Below, piece after piece: positions 47,275 to 57,756 of a stretch of 64,000 bases of DNA. The stretch comes from Pseudomonadota bacterium (GTDB lineage: Bacteria; UBA10199; 2-02-FULL-44-16; DYJF01), in assembly GCA_043823065.1 (NCBI GenBank), contig JBDRBB010000003.1:74260-138259 (forward strand). The letters run 5' to 3'. Both the position numbers and the translations under genes were made by a program. The notes below the pieces were generated by a model. It had not been told where the DNA came from. It made no database searches and saw nothing but the letters and a program-made list of their open reading frames with translations. Every line of letters starts with the position of its first letter. Position 1 is the stretch's first letter.

Positions 47275-49083
47275 ATGAAGATCATAATAAAATACCATCA
47301 AAAGTTGTCTCTTTTTTTATTAACTCTGCTTTTAGCCAATCTGGCTTTTTTTAGCGCCTATACAGGTTGCGGCAGCGGCGGCAGTATACCATCTTCAGAT
47401 GTTACCACTGAAGATGACCCTATTCTAGATCCAACGCCAACACCCACACCTAGCCCACCTACTGAAGGCACTCCTTCTAGTTCTGAAGGTGATGGAGCTG
47501 GTGATGATGGCGGCGGTGATGACCCAACACCAGATACAACTGCTCCAGAAGCCTTAGTTACACCAGCAAACCATTCCACCATTCTTAATTCTACCAGCAT
47601 AGTAATTCAATTTAATGAAAGCATGGATCCTGGTTCATTAATCTTAAGTGGAATACTTTTGGCTGGAAGCGATGGCGGAACATGGTCAACTACTACCCAT
47701 GAAAATGATACTTTGACTATTGACCCCACCGCCACTTGGCCTACTGGCACTGGCACTTTAACAATTAATGCAAATGATCTTGCTGCTAACCCTTTAGCTG
47801 CCTTGAATTTAATTTATGGCGTGCAGGTTGTTTATGCTAGCCCAGGAGCTGCTGGTTCTGGCACAATGGACAGTCCTTTTGGCAGCATTAACCAGGCCAT
47901 AACTGTGGCAGAAGGTAACTTGCTGACTGCAACTTGGGATAGCGGCCAAGTTCATGCTTCTCAAGGAGTATTTGAAGTTGATTCCTCAGCAGGAACCAAC
48001 ATTGAAATGGCTGAAGGTGTTTGTCTCTATGGAGGATATTCTGCAACAAATTGGACTAATCGCAATGTTTTGGATTATGTCACAACTGTTAGAGATATAA
48101 ATGTTGTAGGCGGTGTAATTGACGCTCCAAACGCTGCTGTAGAAGCTGGGGCTGGCTTAACTGCGGATACAACAATTGATGGTTTTAATCTAGAAGGCGG
48201 CGGAGGCAATTATTCTGCAGCCATCTTTAATCATGATGGATCTGAGTTATCCATAATGTACAATTCTTTAGATGCTGGTGAGGGTGCTTTACGCAGCTAT
48301 GGTATCTATAATAATGGTTCTGCTCCCAATATTAGCTATAATACCATTAATGGCGGTGATATTGGCAATCGTAGTTTTGCTATATATAATGATAACTCTT
48401 CTCCTCTAATTGATTCAAATTATCTAGATGGAGGCAATGCCCTAATTTTTTCGCATGGCATCTATAATCTAAATTCCAGTGCAGTATCTATTATTAACAA
48501 TATAATAGAAGGAGGCAGCGGTGTACTAAGTTATGGCATTGACAGTGAAAACTCCTCTGTAACTATCAGAAATAACACCATAAATAGCGGCAGTGCAGAA
48601 TCAGACGAAGCATATGGGGTGCATATTAGAAATGAAGCTGTTTCGCCCTTTGTTATTGAAAATAATATCATTTTTACCTCAGTGGAAGCTGCTGCAAATG
48701 GCTATGGAATTTTTGAATACCATGCTAATTCTGACCCTACTAGCGTTAGAAATAATAATATATATAACTGCCCCACAGCTTTGTATTTTGACCGCGAGCT
48801 AGGAGAGGATTTTAACACGATTTGTACTGGTAATTTTGGCGACCCTGCTTGCGCCAGCACCCTTTCCACGCCTACAAGCTCTGGTAATATCAGTGAAATT
48901 CTCACCTTTGATGCTAATTATGCTTTTACAGGTAATTTGGACGCAGTTTCTTTTGATTCTGCAGGCTTAGATGGTTCTCTAGAAGCCCCTGCTTGGGTCT
49001 TTACAGACGACTTAGAAGGCTTTGCCAGAACCGGTGATGGAACTGGTACAGGCTGGTCTATGGGTGGTTTTGAATATGATTAA
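47275..49083 (+). CDS. Surface lipoprotein: Ig-like (SbsA/Big_5-type) domain plus right-handed parallel beta-helix
   Basis: YTG-C lipobox, PTPTP linker, DTTAP..FNESMD, GTMDSPFGSINQAI, NN-ladder repeats, C-terminal GGFEYD; no Lys in mature chain. Confidence 0.82.
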   Translation: MKIIIKYHQKLSLFLLTLLLANLAFFSAYTGCGSGGSIPSSDVTTEDDPILDPTPTPTPSPPTEGTPSSSEGDGAGDDGGGDDPTPDTTAPEALVTPANHSTILNSTSIVIQFNESMDPGSLILSGILLAGSDGGTWSTTTHENDTLTIDPTATWPTGTGTLTINANDLAANPLAALNLIYGVQVVYASPGAAGSGTMDSPFGSINQAITVAEGNLLTATWDSGQVHASQGVFEVDSSAGTNIEMAEGVCLYGGYSATNWTNRNVLDYVTTVRDINVVGGVIDAPNAAVEAGAGLTADTTIDGFNLEGGGGNYSAAIFNHDGSELSIMYNSLDAGEGALRSYGIYNNGSAPNISYNTINGGDIGNRSFAIYNDNSSPLIDSNYLDGGNALIFSHGIYNLNSSAVSIINNIIEGGSGVLSYGIDSENSSVTIRNNTINSGSAESDEAYGVHIRNEAVSPFVIENNIIFTSVEAAANGYGIFEYHANSDPTSVRNNNIYNCPTALYFDRELGEDFNTICTGNFGDPACASTLSTPTSSGNISEILTFDANYAFTGNLDAVSFDSAGLDGSLEAPAWVFTDDLEGFARTGDGTGTGWSMGGFEYD

Positions 49084-49205
49084 AAAAGTTCTTTGATAAC
49101 TTTGCGTTCTTTAATGAATTCTATTTTTTAGTCAAAATGTACCATTTTTTTGCTGAATAACAGAATTTAGCCTTCTTTTTTTCCAAATTAATCCATTAAA
49201 ATCAT

Positions 49206-49219
49206 ATAGTTGCAACTAT
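49206..49219. promoter_or_regulatory. Perfect 14-bp palindrome, candidate operator
   Basis: ATAGTTGCAACTAT, 22 nt upstream of the sigma28-like motif. Confidence 0.4.
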
Positions 49220-49241
49220 TTTATTATTCTCAAAAAAATCC

Positions 49242-49269
49242 GCAACTTTTTGTAGCAAGAAACCGATAA
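49242..49269 (+). promoter_or_regulatory. Putative sigma28-like promoter GCAAC-N17-CGATAA
   Basis: GCAACtttttgtagcaagaaacCGATAA, 74 nt upstream of ATG 49343. Confidence 0.55.
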
Positions 49270-49342
49270 TTAATATAGGTTCCCGATTGTATTCTCAACG
49301 AATACAAAACAAATTATCAATTTCAAGCAACCAAAAGGAGAA

Positions 49343-50203
49343 ATGGTTATGGCGGGAAAAAAACCCAGAATAAAACCCAATATTTTCAAATACGACAATT
49401 ACAGGACATATTTACGGGATTGGTTCAATTGGATGAAAGCTACTAAGCACAAATATTCTTATCGTCTTTTTTCCAAAGAAGCTGGGTTCAAATCACCTAA
49501 TCAATTAATGCTGGTTATGAACGGGCAAAGAAACGTTACTATGGATACGTTGCAGATATTTTGCGAAACTTTAGGTTTAGCTGAAAATGAATCAAAATAT
49601 TTTGAGCTCTTAGTAAAATTTAATCAAGCTAAAGACATGCCTTCCAAAACTAGATTTTTCAAAGAACTTTCAGTTTATTGGATGCGTAGCGAAAATATTT
49701 TAAAAAAAGAACAATATCGATATTTATCTAATTGGTTCTACACTGCAATTCGTGAAATGGTTGTCTTAAAAGACTTTCAAGAAGATGGAAATTGGATAGC
49801 CAAAAAATTGGACAATCTAATTTCTCCAGCTCAAGCTGAAAAAGCGATTCAAGCTTTACTTGATCTCAAATTATTAAAGAGAACAAAAAATGGCAAACTA
49901 GTTCAAACCAGCATTTACACAACAACTGGAGATGAGGTGAGAGATGTAGCTGCTTACATTTTTCATGAACAAATGATAAAAATGGCTGCAGAGTCCTTAA
50001 AACAAAAAGACGCAGACTACAGAAACATTTCTTCTTTAACCTTTACCATCAGACCAGATGATTACAATTCGCTTGTTGAAAAAATTAACCTATTTAGAAA
50101 AGAAATAGTTAATTTTTTAAATAGCAGAAATACGTTAAATGAAGATAAAAACTTATATCAATTTTCACTTCATCTATTTCCAATTGGGGAGGTTTCTGAA
50201 TGA
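49343..50203 (+). CDS. TIGR02147/DUF4423 family protein (HTH-containing)
   Basis: IFKYDNYRTYLRD, YSYRLFSKEAGFKSP, YLSNWFYTAIRE, FHEQMIKMA, YQFSLHLFP pattern. Confidence 0.85.
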   Translation: MVMAGKKPRIKPNIFKYDNYRTYLRDWFNWMKATKHKYSYRLFSKEAGFKSPNQLMLVMNGQRNVTMDTLQIFCETLGLAENESKYFELLVKFNQAKDMPSKTRFFKELSVYWMRSENILKKEQYRYLSNWFYTAIREMVVLKDFQEDGNWIAKKLDNLISPAQAEKAIQALLDLKLLKRTKNGKLVQTSIYTTTGDEVRDVAAYIFHEQMIKMAAESLKQKDADYRNISSLTFTIRPDDYNSLVEKINLFRKEIVNFLNSRNTLNEDKNLYQFSLHLFPIGEVSE

Positions 50204-51345
50204 AAAAGTATTTAGTACTAATACTTGTAGTTTTTATGTGCGGTTGTGGGCTAACTGGTAACAATTCTTCTAATGCTATTGATGAGGAAGAAAATGTCAC
50301 AGAAGTAGGCAACCCTCTGCCCACTATTGATGGCGGAAACGTCACAGAAGTAGGCAACCCTCTGCCCACTATTGATGGTGGAAATGTCACTGAAGTAGGC
50401 AACCCAACTATCACAGGAACTGTAGCTAAAGGTGCGGTTCACAATGCTGCGGTTACTATTTATGAATTAACCCACAATGGTTTTGGCGAAGTTCTAGCTG
50501 AGACAACTACTGATGAGAATGGTCGTTATTCTGTGGAACTTGATGTTTCTGGGCCAATTGCCGTGGTAGCTATTGGTGGAACTTATATTGATGAAGCCTC
50601 TCACGAGCTAGTTGACATAGATGCCATACTACAAAGTAATTTATTACCAACCGCTAGTGATAATCCATTAGAATGTGCAAGCATGGCTGCTGCCTGTTCT
50701 AACCATACTGCAAGCTTTGCTAGTGATACGCAAGTAGAAGAACCAACAATCGTTCCAAGCGATTTGATTAGATTAGTAACTTTAGTTGCAGCTGATACTA
50801 GCCATGAACAAGTTAGTGTAACTCCTTTAACTACAATTGCTGCTTCTAGAACTTTAGCTATGGCAACTGCAACCAACTTAAATACAAGCATTGTAGCTTC
50901 TCAACAAAAAGTAGCAGATCTTTTCAAAATATTTGACATTGATATAGTTGGAGTATCCCCAACTAATTTTAGCAGTGAAGAAATTATATCTGAGCTGGAT
51001 ACTAATGAAGCTCAATATGGTTTAGTGTTAGCTGGTTTAAGCCAAACCTTGCAAATGCGCACACCAGTACCAGCCCCAAGCACACTATTGTTTCTAATTG
51101 CTAATATGGCTGCTGACTATGCTGATAATGAAGTAAATGGTCGTAGTTTTGGCGCAGCGCTACCTTTTGCTTTAGGAAGTTTAGATATGCAGTTTGTATT
51201 GGATAATCTAGACACTGCAATTGATGATTTTATAACTGACCTAGCTGAAGCAGCTCCTGGCATGCCAGGACCAGCACTTGCCCCAGGGTTTGAGCCAGGA
51301 CCAAGACCACTTCCTGGCGGCGGCATTCCACCTCTTCCTTTATAA
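50200..51345 (+). CDS. Lipoprotein with tandem NVTEVGNP repeats and a carboxypeptidase-regulatory-like/Ig domain
   Basis: MKKY..CG-C lipobox; overlaps TIGR02147 stop (ATGA); TTTDENGRYSV motif. Confidence 0.8.
   Translation: MKKYLVLILVVFMCGCGLTGNNSSNAIDEEENVTEVGNPLPTIDGGNVTEVGNPLPTIDGGNVTEVGNPTITGTVAKGAVHNAAVTIYELTHNGFGEVLAETTTDENGRYSVELDVSGPIAVVAIGGTYIDEASHELVDIDAILQSNLLPTASDNPLECASMAAACSNHTASFASDTQVEEPTIVPSDLIRLVTLVAADTSHEQVSVTPLTTIAASRTLAMATATNLNTSIVASQQKVADLFKIFDIDIVGVSPTNFSSEEIISELDTNEAQYGLVLAGLSQTLQMRTPVPAPSTLLFLIANMAADYADNEVNGRSFGAALPFALGSLDMQFVLDNLDTAIDDFITDLAEAAPGMPGPALAPGFEPGPRPLPGGGIPPLPL
50290..50405 (+). repeat. 45-bp coding tandem repeat, about 2.6 copies
   Basis: [EG]NVTEVGNPLPTIDG x2, then GNVTEVGNP. 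Confidence 0.9.
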
Positions 51346-51369
51346 TTAATTCTATTTTTTTGGGAATCC

Positions 51370-51405
51370 AACCTGTTCCACCTTCGAGGTGGGACAGGTT
51401 TTTTT
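51370..51405 (+). terminator. Intrinsic terminator
   Basis: AACCTGTTCCACCT-TCG-AGGTGGGACAGGTT followed by a T-run. Confidence 0.8.
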
Positions 51406-51415
51406 ATCTCTAAAA

Positions 51416-52381
51416 TCAGATAGCCCAACTAAGAGGATTAAAGGGTTCTGAGATTTGATCTGCTGGAGTTGCAATGCCACAGTCATCAGCCATGGTTATA
51501 TTGCCTAGAGCAAAAAGAAAAATGCTAACCCAGGGCAAAACTCTCATCACCCGAGGAAGTTTAACAAATACAGCTGCTCCATTTCTGGTTACTGGATTTT
51601 CCAATGATTCTCGAAGGGTCTCTATTGCTGTTCTACCATTTCTGGCAGCCAAAGCTGCTCGATTAGCTTGGTTTGCTGCATCGTGGGCTGCTTGCAAAGC
51701 TCTATTTACTTCTACTGAGTGATTAGCAAAGTTTGGAGCAGCTTCAACTGCAGCAGCTATTTCTCGGCTAGCATTTGAGGCACACATACCTACTAAAGGA
51801 ATTTCACTATTTGCTTGAGCAAGAATACCACCAATTCTGGGAAGCCCATTAACACCTTGCTGTTCAAAAACCATAGTAGCATTTCTGGCAAAATACCCAA
51901 CCCTCTCAACTGAACCTGCTATATTTAAAGCATTATCACCAACCCGACTTATCATTGTCCCAATATTTCCAAAAATACTTTGGGGATGACTTGCTAATAA
52001 TACTTCTAAATTTCTACCTGCTAACCAGGCATCAAGCCCTGCAATTCTGGTGTTTGTAGCTACAACTCTTAAATTATTAGACATGTTCAGCGTTTCAACA
52101 GTTGCTTGGGCTGCTGAAATATAATAAGGGTGTCTAGCTGCTGTTATTACAACACCTGTTCGCAGAGCTTCCCTTATCTGCTGACTTTTTCCTCTTTCTA
52201 ACCGTGCTAATGATTGGGCTGGAGATTGATTAGCTGTTTCTTGTCTAAATTCTACTAAAGTAGTTTCAGGCTCTTCGCGCACCCTTGCCAAAGCTGCACC
52301 CAGCTCTTGTATCGCGCCCCAAAATGCTGCATGCATATATGCTGTTTCATTCATTCTGCTAATAGGATCTAAATCTGACAT
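51416..52381 (-). CDS. Orphan Ala-rich helical protein with C-terminal hydrophobic segment; Lys-poor
   Basis: 321 aa, SD AAGGAG, 2 Lys, VLPWVSIFLFALGNI. Confidence 0.75.
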   Translation of the reverse strand: MSDLDPISRMNETAYMHAAFWGAIQELGAALARVREEPETTLVEFRQETANQSPAQSLARLERGKSQQIREALRTGVVITAARHPYYISAAQATVETLNMSNNLRVVATNTRIAGLDAWLAGRNLEVLLASHPQSIFGNIGTMISRVGDNALNIAGSVERVGYFARNATMVFEQQGVNGLPRIGGILAQANSEIPLVGMCASNASREIAAAVEAAPNFANHSVEVNRALQAAHDAANQANRAALAARNGRTAIETLRESLENPVTRNGAAVFVKLPRVMRVLPWVSIFLFALGNITMADDCGIATPADQISEPFNPLSWAI

Positions 52382-52403
52382 TTTGTTCTCCTTTTTTTGA
52401 CTA

Positions 52404-54266
52404 TCAGTCTATCTGACCATTTATTTCTATTTGGGGATCATAACCTACTTGTTGCAAGAAGTTTCTAGCTGCATCGATAAATTCACATGTTAGATTTCCC
52501 GACATATCATGAATAAACAATATCAATTTACCATCAACTCCTTTGAGGAGATATCCCTTGCTTTCAAAACCCATTCTAGAAGTATTTTGATTACTCCACA
52601 AACCAAATCCTCTGCGCACTGCACTATGAGCTCCACCAGGATTTGCAAATTGTGTATCAACTAATCCAAAATATTGTTCTCCATTGACCACCCGTATCTC
52701 AAAAGCTGAATAAGAACCAACTCTTTGTAGTGCCTGATTAAAAGCTAATTGGTCTCCATTTCTAACTAAATATATAGCTACATTAGTACGCGCGCCAATA
52801 GATATAGGCACTGAAGCAACAATAAGCTCTCCAGTTAGAGTGCCATTAGTAAGTTGTTCGACATTAATCCGATCACTACGTTGGGTTGATGTTGCAATAA
52901 CAGCTGGAGTAGATGTGTCTTCAAAAACAGGTCGCAAAAAATCTCTTAAGCCCTGAATACCGTCTCCTATATTTATTTGCATAAGATTAGCATAAGGATG
53001 AAGAATCCTAGCCCTATTTTCAAGTGATGATATGGCTGGATGAACAATACGACCGGCAACAAAGAATAAATTTTCTACAATACTATAAAACTCCAGAAAC
53101 AGCGTTCGAGGAAAGTTTGGATGATTCCCTGCAGAAAATTCTAGATTGTTTAGCTCAAACCAACCCATGTCTGGTCTAAAATCAAAACCTTCAATTCTAT
53201 CTACTGCCCTTGCTAACAATTCTTGCAATTCACTATATCTATCAAAAAGGCTTCTCACTTCTGCAGGCAACAACTGCAGAGGTTCACCAGTTAAGCCTCC
53301 TCGAGGACTTCTTAGGCTTTGTAAATAACTGTCTATTTCTCCAACTGTTCTAGTGGAACTAGCATTTAAAAAATTTCCTACACCTGCAAAATTTCCACCA
53401 TGTGCGCCATTTACACCAAGCCCTGTAAATGCCTCCGGCCTCTCCAACCTACTAACACTTAATGGGAATGGTGAAGCAGGTATTTCACCAATTGGTTGCT
53501 CTGCTGGAGGATGAATGGCCTCAGTTTGATTATATTTTCTAGTTGCCCTTAAAGCATTAGTTAAAAAATTAACCAATTGATTCAATCTACCAATTAGACG
53601 AGTTCTAATCTGTACAGGAAATTCATTTCTAGCAAAAAAATCTCTAAGCAAAGCTCTAGCATCTCTAGCATGTAAACGAGCTTCAAGCATGGCTCGTGGA
53701 TCTTGCATTAATCTTGGTCGGCGCAAATAACCAACCAATTGACCAAATGTATCTTGCAACCTTGATAAGCTTGCTGAAGTATGCGCTGGCACAATACTTC
53801 TAGTAGGCACCCTGGTTGTAAACAAATATGGCAGGCAAATTAAACTACCTAAAATTGCTATGGTAAAACCATTTCCAAAACCTATTGCATGATGCGCTCT
53901 ATCTTGCCTGGTTTCTGACAAAGCATAACCTAAGCCATGCCTAATCATGGAATACTGACCATAGATGCAAGCAATCATTGCTAAAGCACGACCAGTTGGT
54001 GGAATAAAAATAGTAACAGCTAGAATAGAAACTAAATTTATTTTAGATTCTGTGGTGCTTAAATCCAAAGGCTTAGCAATACCTTCCCAAAGATAAGCAT
54101 AATCAGCAGCCAGGTATTGATCTTCACCTGTTTGCCAAATATTTAAAGCACGATTTAACTCTGAACCGCTTAATTCATTTTCTAAAATTGTTTCAACAAC
54201 ATTTTCAACACGACCTTCTGGAAAGTAAGCTTCTCGTTCTTCATAAGTTAAGAGACGATCAAGCTT
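52404..54266 (-). pseudogene. 5'-truncated orphan protein with internal TM hairpin; Lys-poor
   Basis: Frame is open and protein-like for 66 codons upstream of the track's TTG (..REAYFPEGRVENVVETILENEL..) with no ATG before the stop at 54267-54269. Confidence 0.65.
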
Positions 54267-55996
54267 TTAAAGCAACTGGAAATAAAAAGTATCTGGAATA
54301 TGCCTTAGCAGTTGGAAAAACGTTTCTCTCTCTTCAAAGTGATTTAGAAATTGGCGGTTGGACTAACCATGCTGTGATTATTCCAAAAGAAGCAGGCTTG
54401 GGAGATGAAACAGGAGAATGGACCTGTGTGCGAGTTCCAGAACCAAAAGAGTCAGGGGAAATGTCCTTTGTTAGTAAAGATGAATGCTATGTCACTTTTG
54501 ATGATTCTATCAGCACCAATGGAGCTATGTTTTTATTAGAACTTTACGCTGTAATTAAAGATTTGAATTATTCTAACACTCCTATAAATCCCTTGGCAGG
54601 AATTGATAAACAAGTTTTTCTTAATGCATCTATGAAGTTTTTTGATTTGGTTAACTCCTATCGTAATTTTATGTTAGCTGAATCAGACTTTGCTGATATT
54701 TACATTGATAAAGCCCCTACCCCAGAAAAACAGGGCCCTCATCCCTTTATTGACTATCTCCGAGACCTGCCAGATCATCCCTTAAATAGCGGCTTAACAT
54801 TTAAACCCTATGCTAACGGCGGACTTCCCCAGGGAACATGGAGCAAAGAAGCTATGTTGCTTTATGGCGGAGCAAAATATGGGGCTCTTTCAGCAGGCTA
54901 TATGCTACATAAAACTTTTAATGATCACCTGATGTCGCGACTGGTTTTATACTTAACTCACCTTTATGATGTTAGTGGGGATAGTACAGTGCTGACAAAT
55001 TTAAATACACAGCTAAGCTACCTAGTAAAAATTTTTCAGGAAAATGGAAATCGTGCCTGGTGCCAGCAATATCATGTGTTGGATGACAAACCAGCACCAG
55101 CTCGCCCTTGGGAGTCTCCTTCTTTTAATATAATGGAAAGTGATAGCGCTATCCGCAAATATGGAATGGTAGAAAAAATACTAGAAGAAAAATATAATAT
55201 GAGAAACAGCGATGTTAGAGCCATGCTGGAAGATGCCATGTATTATATTCAACATTTGCCAGCTGATGATGAAGCTCCCCAGCGGACCTTGTTTAATTTT
55301 TACGCCCTAAGCGATTATTCTCCCACTTCGCATCCTTCTGCTGATGTGCGTATTCGCACCAATGATCCAATTTTTTCTTGTGATTTTTATTATCCAGATG
55401 ATCCTTATCAAACAGACTGTTGTTGTCGTGGTTATCAATATTTCTTAATCGACGAATCTAGTGGCACAGAATTTGTAGATCCATTTCCCAATTATGGTTT
55501 TTCCAATAGAACTGACAGCCAAACTTATTTATTTGCCATTCAGGATGAGTGTTTAGATGACGCGTCTCTTAGCAACTATCGGGGATGTTTGGATTTAAAT
55601 AAAGAGTTTGCCTCTAAAAGAAATTATTGGGATGTAAATCGCCATTATTGGGGATATTGGTTAAATAAGGAAATTGATCAATATTTGAGTGAGTATAAAC
55701 CAGATCAGCGTGGGTTTTGGGTCACGCAATATAATTTAAATAATGAAGAAAGAGATGTGATTTCAACCAGCCTGTTTCGGTTAAACGCTATTGGGATAGC
55801 CAAGTATCTAAAGGAAAACTGGGCGAACATTACTGATTCAGATAGTGATGGCATTTCAGATGAAGAAGAAATTCAAGCTGGCACTGATCCCCATTACCCT
55901 GAAAACCAAGGAGTAGCTGGAGTAGATGGAAGTCCCTCCTCTGAAATAAGTGGAAAAAGTAGTCCTAGTAGTGGATGTACTTTGATTATTAATTAA
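54257..55996 (+). pseudogene. 5'-truncated PL10/Pec_lyase-like (alpha/alpha) toroid protein
   Basis: AFKATGNKKYLEYA, GGW, TFDD, NGGLPQ, TFND, AWCQQY, PARPWESP match PL10-like pectate lyase motifs; no ATG or signal peptide; ends in DSDGISD..E..GTDP and SGCTLIIN. Confidence 0.65.
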
Positions 55997-56166
55997 ATCA
56001 TGACGCCTGCCATTTCTGACAAGATTCTATTCACACCTATCATCTGCTGAAATCCAATTTGTAGCCTCAGGACATAGTTTTTTTAATCCTAATTTAGTTA
56101 CAGTGACTTGTGCCATAGGGAAAAAACCGGGGGTCAGGTCTCCAGGAGCTGTTGCCCAAATGCCAT

Positions 56167-56242
56167 TCATGGTTCGACAGGCTCACCACGAACGGCTAAC
56201 TATCCGAAATTCCGTTCGCCCTGAGCTTGTCGAAGGGTGAAA
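56167..56242. repeat. REP-like element, family C, inside the RAYT element
   Basis: TCATGGTTCGACAGGCTCACCACGAACGG...CCGTTCGCCCTGAGCTTGTCGAAGGGTGAAA. Confidence 0.85.
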
Positions 56243-56286
56243 ATGAGTGCAAATCGATTTGAGCAACAGCCCGTCCACAATCCACA

Positions 56287-57264
56287 TTAGGACAATAGCC
56301 GCATCACTCTTTTATAAACTTTATTAATTTCTTCATCCACCTGAAGCTCTTTGGCAAATCTTCCCACAGATTCACTAACTGCTTTTGCACTCATACCACC
56401 GGCTAGCTGACCAATTTCTTTTTGCGATACCCCAGTGTGCTTGTTTATGATATATAGGACCAACATCCTTATCTTGCGTAAAAAACCTTTTGATCGCCCA
56501 GCTACAAATATATCCGCTGCTTTAACACCACTTACTTTTTCTATAACTTCCAATATAATATTGGTCTCTATCTTTGGCCTTAGAGCTTGAACTCCAACTA
56601 TTTCACCATCTGCCTTCCCATCGATAAATTCACTCCATAACCAATCCGTAAATTCACTTTTGCCTAGCGCATATCCTCCTACCACATTCTCAAACGGGCT
56701 AGGTTTTGATTCTCGCTTATTAACATAATCAACATAGTTTCTGATTGCTGAAGATTCCTGCTTTCCAAATTCTTTTAAGATATTATCCCGATGATACCAC
56801 TTCTTCCATTTTCCACCCCATCCCTTATCTATCATCGCCATGTGGCCACTATACTTAAATTTGCTTAACGCAACCGGCGTCTTGGCGCACGCAGGATTGC
56901 GGTGAATATAGCGAATTAGACTTAAATAATATTCATCACTATCTACTACTATTGCTTTGTACCGACCTTGAAAAAGATGCCCTACTGTCTTGTGCCGTTT
57001 ATTATATAGCTGCGTATAGACACCATTTACATGCCTCATACTGGCTGACAAATTTGCGTGAGGTGTTTCTATTAAAAAATGATAATGATTGTTCATTAAG
57101 ACAAAGGCATGAATAATAAAACCAAATCGATCATATGCATCTGAAACAATACTAAGAAACATCTCTCTATCAAAATCATCTCGATAGATTCTGCCTCTTC
57201 CATTACCGCGCGCTGTTACATGGTAGAATGCATTTTCATATTCTATGCGAGGTCGTCTGGCCAT
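56287..57264 (-). CDS. IS200-like HUH (Y1) transposase of RAYT type with C-terminal DnaA-C-like HTH
   Basis: MARRPR, YHVTARGN, MNNHYH (HUH), GHLFQGRY, YIHRNP; tail SQKEIGQLAGGMSAKAVS. Confidence 0.9.
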   Translation of the reverse strand: MARRPRIEYENAFYHVTARGNGRGRIYRDDFDREMFLSIVSDAYDRFGFIIHAFVLMNNHYHFLIETPHANLSASMRHVNGVYTQLYNKRHKTVGHLFQGRYKAIVVDSDEYYLSLIRYIHRNPACAKTPVALSKFKYSGHMAMIDKGWGGKWKKWYHRDNILKEFGKQESSAIRNYVDYVNKRESKPSPFENVVGGYALGKSEFTDWLWSEFIDGKADGEIVGVQALRPKIETNIILEVIEKVSGVKAADIFVAGRSKGFLRKIRMLVLYIINKHTGVSQKEIGQLAGGMSAKAVSESVGRFAKELQVDEEINKVYKRVMRLLS

Positions 57265-57342
57265 ACGTAGCCATTATATCACCTTTTCTAGCTCGTCAAT
57301 GTCTTTGTGGATTAAGGAGACCTGACCCCGATTTTTTTATAA

Positions 57343-57756
57343 GACGCAACTTTAGCCTTGAGTTTTGATATCAAACCCACAGACACCGCCAACAGAGCCT
57401 TATTCAAACACGTTAGTACTTATAATTGTTCGCTAACACTTAGCCTGGAAGATGGAAAATTAAAAGGTACTTTCTCAGATAACAAGCTCAAAGTATATCA
57501 ACTAGAGACTAACCTCTCTGTGCCAGAGGATAGATGGTCACAAGTAGAAATCAGCTATGACTTAAACCAGATTCGCTTTAAGGTGAATGGCGAAGAAAGT
57601 ATTGTATCCCTCCCAGAAGCCAGAGCCCTTTATTTTGGTCCTGCTGTTTTTGGCGCAATACCAGGCAAAAATGAAGAAGAGTATACTCGTCTCCCGAAAT
57701 TTTTCCAGGGTGATCTTAGATCATTTAAGATAATGCACCGGGCCGATAATCACTGA
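57343..57756 (+). pseudogene. 5'-truncated LamG/ConA-like domain fragment
   Basis: Frame opens right after the element end (DATLALSFDIKP...WSQVEISYD...FKVNG...FQGDLRSFKI); no ATG or SD. Confidence 0.5.

Larger units (their letters stand above)
56121..57338. mobile_element. RAYT/REP-associated Y1 transposase element with terminal inverted repeats
   Basis: GGGGTCAGGTCTCC (56130-56143) and GGAGACCTGACCCC (57316-57329) form a perfect 14-bp IR with outer A/T tracts. Confidence 0.75.

Noticed and set aside
54188-54256. TTG start and N-terminus MFQQHFQHDLL of the 602-aa ORF
   Set aside because: This stretch is the antisense of the protein-like minus-strand frame; family similarity starts only near 54257.
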